Assembly (NCBI GenBank): GCA_964270895.1
Contig: OZ185436.1
Length of the DNA stretch: 64,000 nucleotides
Strand: one strand, 5' to 3'
Origin: Podarcis filfolensis
Lineage: Eukaryota
The notes under the pieces were generated by a model, which had not been told where the DNA came from, did no database searches, and was given only the letters and a program-made list of their open reading frames with translations. Positions 12,162 to 24,200 of this stretch are shown here, piece after piece (the first letter of the stretch is position 1; each line of letters opens with the position of its first letter). The translations under genes were made by a program, and so were the position numbers.

Positions 12162-13057
12162 GTGGGCTTCCCTGCACAATTGTGAGTTCACAGGGTCTTT
12201 GGCGAAAGGGGTCAGGGAGACCAGTAGTGAGCAAAATTATAGTGGGTTGCATTGGCTGGCCTTTACCGGCTCTCTCACAAAGGCACCTACTGCTTTACAG
12301 GTGCCTCTGGCAGAGGTGCTGACTTTTTGCTTATGTTTCTCCAGGAGGTGCCATGCACATCCATGCTGCTTTATAGATAATACAATTACTCTGAAAGAGA
12401 CTGGGTTGGGTGGGTCCAGAGATCCCTGTGAGCGAAGTTTCACTCACAGGACCTCTCACTTACAGAAGTAGCAGAAGCCATTTTTGCCAGTTCTCCTCTG
12501 CATCCCCTGAATATCTGTTTTGGAAAATTGGAGGACCCTCGGGAACAGCCTGGGCAGTGGCAGAAGAGACTGAAGGGAGCAATCTCCTTCCCCCTTCCAT
12601 TAGCAGTTTGCCCCACTAGATTGCCAGCCCCTTGTGTGAATGTCTCAAGCCTTTCCCTTTGCAGAAGAAATACTCTTGATAGAAGGGGAAAAAGAGGGAA
12701 GAAACATCCAGGTGGGCAGAAATAAGTTTTAAGACCTTTTGCATCAGAATTGGAAGCCAAAGACTCAAATTGGTTGTACCTAAGCATGGAGAAAAATTTT
12801 GAAACATATTAGGTTCTGCAAATTTATTTCTGTCCACCCTTTCCCCCCTGTATTTGATGCCTTGCTGTTTCTCCTTTTTATGCTGGATGCTGGTGTTTGT
12901 CTTTGAAAGCCTGCTGTTGCAGACACAGCATTCTTTGTGCTGTGAGCCTGTCCCTGCAAGCAACAAGTGTGCCTCTACTTCCTTATGATTTCTAGCGCTC
13001 AGACCAGCCAGAGTCCATTCAGGACTAAATTCATGTGCCGTCTTGTTTATCAAACAG

Positions 13058-13124
13058 ATACGAAAATGGCAAGCAGTGTCAAGATGGAACTGTTGGACAG
13101 ATGGAGAAGAGAGAAAAAGCCATT
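13058..13124 (+). CDS. PPARGC1B: PGC-1beta exon 9 equivalent (67 bp)
   Basis: aacag| ... |gtaagt; phase 2-0; ends EKREKAI, matching KRREKAI before the RRM. Confidence 0.88.
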
Positions 13125-13730
13125 GTAAGTGACCTGTTTGCTGTGTGGGGGCTTCTGTAATAAATCAAGTGGGAATGGTGCAGTTTCCAACCAGATCGGT
13201 TGACTCCCTCTTTTGAAAATTAATCTGAATTTAGGGACAAAGCAATTTTGGTTTGACTCCCACTCCAAGTAGGAGTGGCACAGTACATGTTGCAGTATCT
13301 CTTGGCCCAACACCAGTTTAAGATGATGAATTAGAAAGAAATAAAGTAAACATAACCGGCAACAGATTCAGTTCTTGACCCAGGAGAAACTTGGTGCCGA
13401 ATTCATCAACAGGCACTTACAAAGAGCAGTGGGAATTGTAATTCCATGGCAACTTTGTAGTGAAGCTGAAATGGGGGAAAGCTGCAGCTTTTGAAAGAGA
13501 GACATAAAATAAGACGATAAAGGGTGCACGATAGGCAAGCTAGCCGGGAAGCGCTAGCAGGCAGCTACTCCTCAAAGAGCCGTTTCAGCAGATAGAGTTT
13601 GTGCATTTGTTACACAACATCATGCTGCCTTGTTGTTAAAGCAGGTTGGGGGATAGGAAGAGTTCAGTCGGAAGAAGAAGAAAGAGTTGTATCAGGACAG
13701 GCCTAAGCAATTATTCTCATCCCTGAACAG

Positions 13731-13852
13731 GGAGAAGGCCGCGTAGTGTACATCAGAAACCTTGCCAGCAGTATGAGCTCCACTGAACTGAAGAAGCGCT
13801 TTGAGGTGTTCGGAGAGATTGTTGAGTGTTGCGTTTTGACCAGGAATAAAAG
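13731..13852 (+). CDS. PPARGC1B: PGC-1beta exon 10 equivalent (RRM, RNP2)
   Basis: 122 bp, phase 0-2; [40 protein letters not shown]. Confidence 0.97.
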
Positions 13853-14576
13853 GTGGGTCAAAGCTATGCTTCCCCCTCCCTCGCTGCTAGAACCAGCAGG
13901 AACTTTTGGAGAACTGAGCACCAGGAACCTAGCCTGTCTATCCTGCATGACATGAGAGGCAGGACTTCGGTCTTATTTGGGGATTGAAAGCTGGAGAGTG
14001 TTTTTTGTGGGGACGACTCTGGAGATGTCTGTTCTTTGGGAAAGTGTCTGCTGCTGTGGTACAATGGTGATCTGAAGAGATGCTGCTTCACAGGATTTTA
14101 AAGAGACATAATGCTTTCTCCAGTGTTATTTCATGGGACTGTTGCCCTCTGAAATCCTTTTTGTTCTAGGGATCTGCTTGATTATAAAATAACGAGTCCC
14201 CCTTTCTCCTAAAAAAAAAAAGGGGAAATGTGGAGGCCTATATATTTGGACTCAAGGGTTCTAATGACCTATAAAGTGTGGCATGCAAGGAGAACTAGAG
14301 GGTGGTATTCAGCTAAGCCTTACTCAGAGTAAATCTGTTGAAACTATTGGACCTCACTTAGTCATATCCATTCATTTCAATGAGACCAGTGTAGGCACCT
14401 GGCTTCTAATCCCTGGCTAACCACAAAGGCTCACTGGGATGTCTATTACCTTCCAGCTCTACCTACCTTCTTTGAGGAGAAAACGATGTGTCCTTTTGGA
14501 GGTTTACAAAAAACGTAACACAAATAAATGGCAGTAAATTGTTGCCTATGCTTAAGTTCTTCATTTTGTTTCTCAG

Positions 14577-14731
14577 GGGAGATAAATATGGCTTCATCAC
14601 GTATCGGTGTTCAGAACATGCCGCCTTATCCTTGAAGAATGGTGCCTCGCTAAGGAAAAGAAATGAGCCCTTGTTCCAGCTGAGCTACGGTGGCTTTGGG
14701 CACTTCTTCTGGACCAGATACACTGACTTGG
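14577..14731 (+). CDS. PPARGC1B: PGC-1beta exon 11 equivalent (RRM, RNP1)
   Basis: 155 bp, phase 2-1; [39 protein letters not shown]. Confidence 0.97.
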
Positions 14732-15149
14732 GTAAGCCACCCCCATGTCACTCCAAAGCGGTCCACGTCCTCCTCCATCCCTTGTTTCAGTGGTGATGAT
14801 TTCTTTGCTGTGCTGTCTCCCGTTGTGTTTGTTATCATTTGTACATAATGCTCATTGACGGCCCAATAGGTTCACTTCTATTTATTATCATTGATGGTTT
14901 GTTTTAGCTAATAGGGGAATACCTTGAGTTATTACAGACATTCGATGGAGCTTCAGCTTGCTCACTTTCTCTGGCTTGTCACTATTTTGTTGTAGTTGTT
15001 TATATTCCAGTTTATAGGCCTTTTTATTTTACTGGAAGGGCCTCCAAAGCAGTATACAGCAGCTATATAATACAATAAAAGTATTTTATGGTTGTATGAA
15101 AAGGCAAACCAACAAACCAACCCCAAACACATCCCAGATTAAGAATATA

Positions 15150-15660
15150 ATAGGGAAAATAAAAAGTACCGCAATATTTAGGACCTACGTTATTTGTATT
15201 GACAAACACACAAAAAGCAGCTAGGAGAACTGATGTCTTGCATTATTATAGACACTGTAAAATGTTACTCAAAATATTGGAAAAAACATTCAAATCCTAG
15301 GAAAAAGAAGGGAAGAGACTGTGAGGGTCATGTTGTCCAACCCCCTGCAATGCAGGAATCTTTTGCCCATGACCCTGAGATTATGCTCCTGCTCCAACTG
15401 AGAATGGGAGGCAAAAATGTATTGAATTTGCAGGAATAACTAAGCTTACAAGCTATATAACAATGAAAGAATGTAGGCCGAAACCTAACAGAACTGGAGC
15501 TTATTCATTGACTAATGGAATGGTAGAGTGCATTCATCAGGCAATCATAGGTCCTTATACAATGTGTTATTTTAGGATTAGGAAAGACTGTATTTAATAC
15601 AATAACACAATTATATACTGAAATATATATTGTGTATGTATTTCTTATTTATCTTAATAT
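15150..15660 (+). mobile_element. Decayed L1-like LINE 3' end with a short CR1/tRNA-type fragment near 15310-15400
   Basis: Frameshifted EWEAKMY-EFAGITKLTSYIT...WSLFIDY resembles squamate L1 ORF2 C-termini; AT-rich tail. Boundaries approximate. Confidence 0.45.
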
Positions 15661-16208
15661 ATTCTATGAAGCTGAACCTTGTATGGCGTTTTACTTTTTT
15701 TAAAAAAATACTATTTTTCTAAAAAGAACACAATAAACAGTGACAAAAACAAAAGTTTCAGCAGCACAAAAATGAATTGCAAAACACAATCAGCAGGAAT
15801 AAATCAGGAATCGAATTTCCTATTCCTCACTTGTATTTTAAAAAGTATTTTTGAAAAGTATTTTTTTTTTAAATAAACACACATTTTGGTGTTTTGCTGA
15901 GCTGGGAATTGTAACCTGAAGGATAACTGAACTACAGTCCACATTATTAGTCCAGAAGGTGTGTAATTGACTAACCCACTTAAAAATGTAGGCCAAAGGG
16001 AATTCTCCTTTCTCCTTAGTTCCTGTTGTGTAGTAATTACGTAATTCCTCCACACCAAATATCTGAGGGCTAATATTTAAAAAAAAAAAAAAACACCAAG
16101 AGGGAGAGAATGCATAGTATGGCTCTTCTCTGCCTCTTTTGGGGGGTGCTTAACAGGTTTTGCTTTTTCCTTTGACCAACATGTGTACTTCTTCTCTCCT
16201 GACACCAG

Positions 16209-16312
16209 ATTCCAACACAGAAGAGTCCTCCCCAGCTCTGATAAAAAGCAAATATGAGACCATGGATTTCGACAGCCTGCTGCAGGAGGCCCAGGAAAGC
16301 CTACATCGGTAA
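16209..16312 (+). CDS. PPARGC1B: PGC-1beta last coding exon
   Basis: accag| acceptor, phase 1; DSNTEESSPALIKSKYETMDFDSLLQEAQESLHR then TAA at 16310-16312. The ten exons total 2811 nt, a multiple of 3. Confidence 0.97.
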
Positions 16313-17208
16313 CAGCCTTAACCTTTGAGGAATACCTCAATACCTCAGTCAAGGCACTTCCAATATGTTTACGTTTTCAAAGAAATGATTAAGTATACAA
16401 CGAGAGAGAGAGAGAGACTGCTGTCCCTTTAAATCGATGTTTACATTGAACAAGCTGCTTCTGTCTGTGAGTCCCCATGGTGTTGATGTTCCACTGCCAC
16501 ACATTAGTATCTTTGCTTCTGACTGGTTGTGTTAGGATGAGCCTGCAAAAGCCTCCTGTCCCCTTCTTGTCCGGCCCCTTTCTCTGCCCCACCGTTACCC
16601 CACTTCCGCTGTGGATTTGCAGCTGTGTTCACCATAACTTTTTTTTTGTCTGTAGTGTGTGATGATGAAATTGTTAATTGTGAATAGAATCAGGATTGTA
16701 AACTAATTTTTAATAGAAGAAAGAAATATATACTTATAATGTATTTATGGCTCAGATGTACTGTAATTCAGATTTATTGTACCGCTTCCTTGATTTTTAA
16801 CTATGCACTGTAATGAGGTACTTGCCTGTCAGCAGATGTGGCCCTCCCCAAAGGGTGCCCTCCAATTGGCCACTCAGTTGAAATTGGCTTCAGCCCTGTC
16901 CATGGCGAACCAAGGGGTGACCGACTGATGTTGTGCTCTTGCTATATAAGCCATTTGTTCCGTTTCGTTTGGGCTGAATTCTGGGATCACCACTGCCCTG
17001 TTTGTTGATGGCACAAGGCACATTGTGATTCCTCAGTCCAGAGCTGGCTCTGGGTAGATAGGAATGGCGTTCTCAGGTGGTGCATTTTTGAGGAAGGGGA
17101 GGGAGGAAAAGGGTGCAAGGGGAGAGTGTGTGTTTTCCCGCTGTCTATGATGGATTGGCAGTGGTCACAAGGTAGTGAAGCCCCACCTGCCAGGGAAATG
17201 GTATGTAA

Positions 17209-17286
17209 GAAAAGCTCCCCTGGATCAGAACAAAGAAAAGCTCCTCTGGATCAGAACAAAGAAAAACTCCTCTGGATCAGAACAAA
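17209..17286 (+). repeat. 26-bp unit x3 tandem repeat (GAAAAGCTCCYCTGGATCAGAACAAA)
   Basis: Three adjacent near-identical copies, no spacers. Confidence 0.92.
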
Positions 17287-20200
17287 TGCCTATCTAGTCA
17301 AGCATTCTGTTTTGTGCCATGGGCGACTAGATTCCTAAAAGGTAATAGTCCTCTCCTTTTGATGCTCTCCAGCAATGTATGAAGGCAGTAGTCCTTTTGT
17401 TTGCTCTCCAGCAACTGTTACTCAAGAGGCGTTCTGTCTTTAAACTTGAAAGCTCTGTATAGCCATCGTGACCAGTAGTGCAGGAGCACAAGTCTACAGC
17501 AAGACTGAGAAAGTCTGAGAGCCAATCCCAGAACAATTATGCCCGGAGGTTTCTTTGCATTACATCTACCATCTAATGATAGCAGCTGCAGTTTCGCCAG
17601 GTCCACGTGGGAGTTTGAGGTAGAGGAATGTGGAGCAATTCATTTAAGGCCATACATGACATCACCAGTAGCCTCAGGAATAGTTTTTTACCCATCTGGT
17701 CATCTAACCAAAGCAAAATCTCCTGCCTGGTGGGCAACACCCAACAGAAAAAAAATTCAAAGGAATTCTCACACCTTGGGCTGAGTGAGTTCACGGTGCT
17801 TACCGTGACTGGCACATAGCACATGGCTCATCAGCTGATTGTCCCTGCTCCATTTTGAACACTACTCTCCTTATGAGTGGAATAAGCCATAAAACATAGT
17901 GTCATTGCTATGAAGCCTTGTGAAGTGACTTCCCCTCTCTCTCTTTCTCCCGCTCCCTGTCAAGATAAGGCATGGATGTCACTGCCTATTTGATGTTCAT
18001 TTTGACTTCCTCTTGGCGACGATCTTGTGCCCTCCTTTATTTCTTCCCTGGCTTCTTTCAGATTCAGAAGTTTGAGGAGTCATTACAAAGGAAGTCTTAG
18101 AGTGATTTAAGCAACTAGTTTAGGGGCTCTTTGATACGAACCGGGATGCTGGGACAGAGGCAGTGTAGAAGCCTCTAGCTCGGAAGACCGAGTAGTGGGA
18201 AGGAGTCGCTATCTAACTTCCGCAATTGTTTCACTCAAACATAGCTCGGACTTGCCACAATATACTGTGCTAATGCCTCATGCAGTATGGCTGTTCTCGT
18301 GCTATACTTGGAAGCCATGTCCAGGAACATGAGAGGCAGACCAAGAAACCAGCAGATGCATCAAGCGATAGCATTTTCAAGTGGGGACCAAATAACCTTG
18401 CTAATACCTTCATCAGCCACCATGTCTTTGGTTTATTTTTCACAAAGGATCAAGATCTCTGGCATTTAGCCACCCCATGTATACAGAATGCAACAACCTT
18501 AATTTGGCCAGCAGTTATTTAATCTGAATCAAAAGGAACAAATTGCCAAAGACCTTGGCAACTGCCTGGCTTAGGTCTAACTCATGCTTGCCTGTCTTGA
18601 GTAATTCCATTGACCCAGTAAGGACCACACGCATCAGAAACACCAGGAATGAGGTCAAGGCGTCGGCTCATGTGTTATCCCATACTAATTATGTGATCGT
18701 TTCTGTCTTTTAATGTGGAGCTTTAATAACAACAGTGCTTATTTTATATAGTAACTGGTGTCACAATTTCACGTGTTGTTGGCCAAAAAAAATAATAATA
18801 AACCTCACGATATTGGCTGCTTCAATGTTGCTTGCACCACCTCCATTCGAGAACTTACTGATGGATTGCAAGATCCTCTCATGATCAGCCCAGAGCAAAG
18901 TCTGGCCCAGATAAAGCATCTGCTGTTGACAAGTGCCTCATTGTAGCTCTGCCTTTTTCTGTCCTAGTATTTCCTCACCACAATGATGTTTACATGTGAT
19001 TGCTATAGAGCTTACTGTAGAATGTACATAGCGACACACTTAGGGTGGGTAGGACTGTCCTGTCCTGTCCTGTGCTGTGCTGATGTTTTCAGAGAACAAT
19101 CGAACAGAAGAAGAAGAAAAATAAGTAACCACCCCTACAACCGTTAAGTGGAATTCTTCCATCTCCTGGCTTGGTTACAAGGGTAGATCAAAGTTCACCG
19201 CTGGCTTTGGTCAGAGAGATGGAAAATGCATCAAATTTCTGAGCATGCTGAAAGTGTTGAATGCAGCTGCAGAGGAGAAGGAAGACTCCTTCTGCTCTCC
19301 AGAAAGAGCTGCCTTCAGTGCAGATCGCTTGCAAACATGGGTTTGTATTTAATCAGTTTTTATTATTATTATTATCTCAAGTTACTTTTAAGAGGCTGGA
19401 CTTACCAATGATGTTAGAGCATGCACACGCATGCTCTTTTGAGGAGGGAAGAAGGTCCTGTAACGCACATGGCCTCTCAATCCTAGATATAGGGAGAGGT
19501 GCAATAAGTGGTCTTTGTGTTGCCTGAAGCCTATAAAAATATTTATTTTAATTTTTTGTGAGAAATTTCACTAGGACTTTATGCAATATGCACACATGTG
19601 CACAAACGCACACATGTATAGGGAAAAGGTAGTGGCGGGGCATTGAGCCCCTCTGACTGCTGCTGGGTATAGCAGCAGCAGCTGTAAATCCACCACTGTT
19701 GAATGTAGAGCCTGAGTGGTATGGTTTGAAAAGCACGGACATCTAATGCTGGTTGTGGCACACTAGTAACCTGTGGCTTATTTTAATGGCTATTGGAAGC
19801 ACAGCTGTATCAGCCACAGGGATACAAACAGTGCAAAAACCCTTGGCTATCAGAAGCTTGGAAAGTTGCTCCATATGCGATGGGAGAATTTTAGGCAGCA
19901 AGCCTGTATTCAGGGTATATTCCAAGAAGGTCCTCATAGAGCAGCAAGCTGCTGTGCTCCACATGCACTGCAAGAAGTAGTTTGAGCTGCTGCTGGTGAA
20001 AAAAACAAACCCCAAAACTCAGTTCAGAATGGCACAGGAATCGGAAGGACCACTTGGAGGTCCTAGTTCATCTCCACGAATCAGAGCAGCTGGGTGGATA
20101 CCTTTTTAACAGATCTACAGAACTTGTGGCTTGCCTAACTACCAGCCTGCCAGAGGCCTGGTCAGGGGTCAAAGTGTCTTGCAGGCCTCCGTAGATGGCT

Positions 20201-22339
20201 GGCATACTGTGATGGGCTTGGTGGGTTCCACAGTCCTGGCCTATAATACAGAATAGGCATTTTGCTCATACTGTGAGGACAGTGGTAGGGTGGCAGTCCT
20301 CCCCTGACCTCCCGCCAGCTGGGTGGCTTGCTGCTTTCAGGAGGGTTGAGGCAGTAGTGGGGGGTCAGTGTGGTGCACAAGGGAACCAGCAAAGCCATCA
20401 GCAGTTGAGTGTCACCACCACTAGTGTGTGAGGAGCTAGTTCCATGGTGCAGTCCCCACAAGGCTCACTTCCTCAGCCTGAAGCCCCTCACTTGCTGAGT
20501 TCGAAGCACAGGTTGGAGATGAAAAGGGGGAAAGGAAGTTTATTCCTTATTTAGGTTGGGGGAATTAAAATGAGCTTTACACATTGCTATAGCCATCACT
20601 GCCGCCAACATGTTTGGGCAGATTTAAACCTTGGTGCAGTTCAGCTCATTTTGATTTCCCAAGGTGGCCGCACGTTGAGGCTAAGAAGAATAGCCGAGGG
20701 TCCCCTGCCCCCATTAGCTAAAGAAGGACCTTAATTACCTTAATGGTTACTTCCTCTGCCCTGTTTAGAAAGAGCTTGGGCTCCTGTGCTTTCCGTATAC
20801 TTCTGCGAAGTCTGCCTAACTTTCTCCCATATTCTTTCTCTTAATAATATGCATAAAGCCAAGGACCCCGTACCCAAGGGGTAGGCCTAGCCATAACAAC
20901 GATTAGCAGCAGAAACAAACCAAGCCTTTGCAAGATCAGGTGAGAAACCAAATAAACAAATTAAAAGAATTCAATTTTCCAGGGTGTTTCGGAATAAGAG
21001 GGTGTGTTGAGAAAGGCAATCATGAGGGAGACATTTATTTTTTTAAATAAACAGAACTATCTCTATATTATATGTAGGGGTGTGCGTGTGGGTAAGTGTG
21101 AGTGAAAAAGAAGTCCCTCCTAACTGCTTCTTAATTAGGAAAAATACCTTAACGATAGGAATAAGTCATAAGCCATTTCCTTGCCCTTGGTCCTTTAAAT
21201 AACCATGCTTTTATGTGAAACGCAAATGGTTCCTGCTAAATTCAGCAACCAGACAAAGGAGTGAATGCAGGCATCAGAAAAAGAAGATGCGTGCAGAAGA
21301 ACTGGGTTCCCAAACGTCACTTTCATTGTCAGTCGATGGAAATGTTCATCCCACGTTCCCTCTCAGAGTGACTGTCTTGAGCTTTGCTACCTCCATGAAA
21401 CTTTCATGTCAGCTTGGTCATGTGTTTCCATGATTAGCATCCAATTTTCTCAGTAGCCCATGTCAAAAAGCCTTAGAGGAATCAGAGAGCAAGGACACTT
21501 TGATTTTCATTTGCCAGATGAAAATAGCAAGTCCTTAATCTGTAGCTGAGCATTTCCTCAATTTGTTCTTACAGCAGGGTAGTCTATTTGTGACACACTT
21601 TAGCAATATGAGCATTCAAAGCCTTCTGCTTTCCCATCAACGTTCTGCAAATAATTGTTTGTTTAGGCCTCGTTCTCATTTGTGTGCTTTTTGACAATTT
21701 CCCCTGGCATCATTTCCCCCACATCACTGATGCCCATGCATCATTTTAACGTGACTTTTGGCCCAACCATAACATTTTCATGTACGTATGATTGCAGGTA
21801 CCTCCTTGCACTTAAGGGGGCAGTGCGCCTCCTCCCCCAAAGTAACCTGGGGGCTTATGCATTTTGCATTTTATAGCTGGAAGTCTACCGTTAATAGAGA
21901 AATGCACTAGAGGTGAGCACCTATGATGCTCTAACAAATTAATGTGTTGTAGGATAGATGCTACAAAAACAAGTACACAAGCATTGCTGCATGTCATGCA
22001 GCTTAGGGACGGGATCTCTATGACTGAGGTTGTCACTAACAGTCTGCAACTGAGCTTGCCACCTGAATGCAGGTGGGGGGCTCACATGATTGAACGCATC
22101 TCTGTACGCTCCCTGCACCTGAAAAATGACCATGTCGTGGGAAAAGGTTATGTGCAGAATCTCAGTGAAAACTCGGCTATGCCCTAGTGTTAAGGAGCAA
22201 GCTATCCAATCTGGCTTGGGTGAATTTATCATGGTATCAGGCTGTCACCCTAAACTTTGTGCCAGTGAGGCAGACTAAATCAAATGCATCAGCCTTACTT
22301 GGGTTCTCTGTCCTTGGAATACATAGCACATGTCATTGA

Positions 22340-22465
22340 TGGGAGAGCCTGTGTTGTTAGATGTTATTGGGGTACAGCTCCCATAATCCATGACCATGGT
22401 TCATGCTGGCTGGGGCTGATGGGAGTTGGAGCCCAACAACATTCAAAAGGTCACAGGTTTCCCCA
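22340..22465. mobile_element. Decayed palindromic hAT-like MITE inside the PPARGC1B 3'UTR
   Basis: TGGGAGAGCCTGTG...CACAGGTTTCCCCA ends; same internal core as 11127-11262. Confidence 0.65.
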
Positions 22466-23601
22466 ATCCATTACCTAGGCTGTGATCCAATGAGCAAATG
22501 GAGCTCAAAAAAATAGAAAGAAATAAGGTTGCTCCATATTCTTATGGCAGAATTCTGTCTTTCAAAGCTTTACACAACATTGAAGAGAATGCGTAGGCCA
22601 GTTTTCACACAGTTTTATATGCAGAAAAATGCACCTGTACTACTAGATTAGCCTACTGAATTTTTGAAGGGTCAATTTACACTGAAGGTTTTTGGTCCCC
22701 GCCCCCCCCCCAAAAAAAAGTCAAAACGTTTCCCATTTCCTCATGGAGGAAACTATGTCTGATGTGGATAACAAGGCAAACCCCTGGAGAGTCTGGTTTT
22801 AATGCAGCCACTGGTGCTTTAGGTGGCATTATTTATTGGAAAAGTGAAAAAGAGTGAATTAATACCACTGTTTGCAGCGTGTGTTTATGAGTGTATGTGA
22901 GCCAGAGAGAGTGAAGGAGACTAAATTGATGCATTTCTTAAGAAAGGTGTAAGAATTTCACCTAAAAGAGGGGCACATTTGCTATGTTATTTATAATAAA
23001 AACTAGATTTTTTGTTTTTTGAAGAGGACACTGCTAATAATTAGAAGGGGCCAATTCTGCTTCTCTTTTACATGTATTAACTAAGTGATAACTTATTTCT
23101 TGGTAAGTAAAAGCAGCAGGATTGACCCCTTTTGTAATCAATAAAATCAAGTTTTTAGTTCACTGTTTTAAAAAAAATAGTAGAAGATTTTTATATTTCA
23201 CTTAATTTCCCCCCAGTTGTGTTCTGTTGTGTCCTTATTTATGTAATATACTTTAACCTTAATCGGCATAGATTCTTATGCCTTTCCTTTGTTATTGTCA
23301 TTTTTTAAAAGAAATATTTCTTTCTAGTGTGATTTCAATGTCTACCTTCTAAATGAGAGAACGTTTTCTTGTATTTTTACATTGTCAGATTCTATAGTTT
23401 CGTAGATGATTTAACCAAATTGCTCAATGTATTCTCTATATCTATCTGGTAGGTATATAAAAGTTCTATTTTAAATTGTGTAAATACTTCAGAACTGGCT
23501 TCTTTTTGAAACTCCCCTGCCGTGGAGTTACTTGTTTACATCACAAAGACTGTAGAATCTCTACATTCATGTACTGTAAATAGTGAAGTGATCTGCCTAT
23601 A

Positions 23602-23611
23602 AATAAATAAA
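23602..23611 (+). terminator. Probable distal polyadenylation signal of PPARGC1B (overlapping AATAAA x2)
   Basis: AATAAATAAA at 23602-23611, U-rich upstream, GU-rich element downstream near 23660-23690. Confidence 0.7.
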
Positions 23612-23894
23612 TCATAACAAATATACTATGAAGTCCAACACGTCCTTCTTGCTTGCAACTCTGTGTGGAATTGTGTGTACATTTTTGGGAGGCTTTCTGC
23701 TCCTAAATTGCACCCATGTCCTCTCTATGAATCAGCTGGAGTCTGGGGACCCTCACACCTATCGTAGGCCTTGTTTACAGCTATAGAAGACAGAGGTGTC
23801 TTCTGAAAGATGCCAGCTTATGGAACAGCTGTAGTCTTTGGTTTCTAATAGAGATCCAGATTAAGTGCCCCATGCAGAAGCTCTGACACTGCTT

Positions 23895-24200
23895 TGAAGA
23901 GGTCCACCTCCGAGGGCCTTCTGGTGGTTCCCTCACTGCGAGAAGTGAGGTTACAGGGAACCAGGCAGAGGGCCTTCTCGATAGTGGCACCCACCCTGTG
24001 GAATGCCCTCCAATCAGATGTCAAAGAAATAACTACATGACTTTTAGAAGACATCTGAAGGCAGCCCTGTTTAGGAAAGTTTTTAATGTTTGATTTTTTG
24101 TTGCATTATTATTATTATTATTCTGTCGGGAGCCACCCAGAGTTCCTGGGGAAACCCAGCCAGGTGGGTGGGGTATAAATAATAAATTATTATTATTATT
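23895..24200 (+). mobile_element. L2-clade LINE 3' fragment
   Basis: GTRQRAFSIVAPTLWNALQ...FRRHLKAALF-type ORF2 end, followed by gggtataaataataaa and an (ATT)n tail. Confidence 0.8.

Larger units (their letters stand above)
16313..23630 (+). other. PPARGC1B: Long 3'UTR of PPARGC1B (~7.3 kb)
   Basis: Follows the stop codon; no coding exons; miRNA-site-rich proximal block and AU-rich distal block ending in tandem AATAAA. Mammalian PPARGC1B also has a multi-kb 3'UTR. The 3' end is inferred. Confidence 0.7.

Noticed and set aside
11793-12322. Antisense poly-Ser and alternative-frame ORFs over exon 8
   Set aside because: Produced by the GAG-rich acidic tract read in other frames.
12466-12619. 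Possible extra PPARGC1B exon (cttacag|, RSSRSHF...) in the correct phase
   Set aside because: No usable donor before the in-frame stop, and exon 8 joins exon 9 cleanly at the expected AG|A junction.
16655-16760. GTGATGA resembling a C/D snoRNA C box
   Set aside because: No CTGA D box at a suitable distance or terminal stem, and it lies in a 3'UTR rather than an intron.
17209-17286. CRISPR-like repeat spacing
   Set aside because: Directly adjacent copies without spacers in a vertebrate UTR; a simple tandem duplication.
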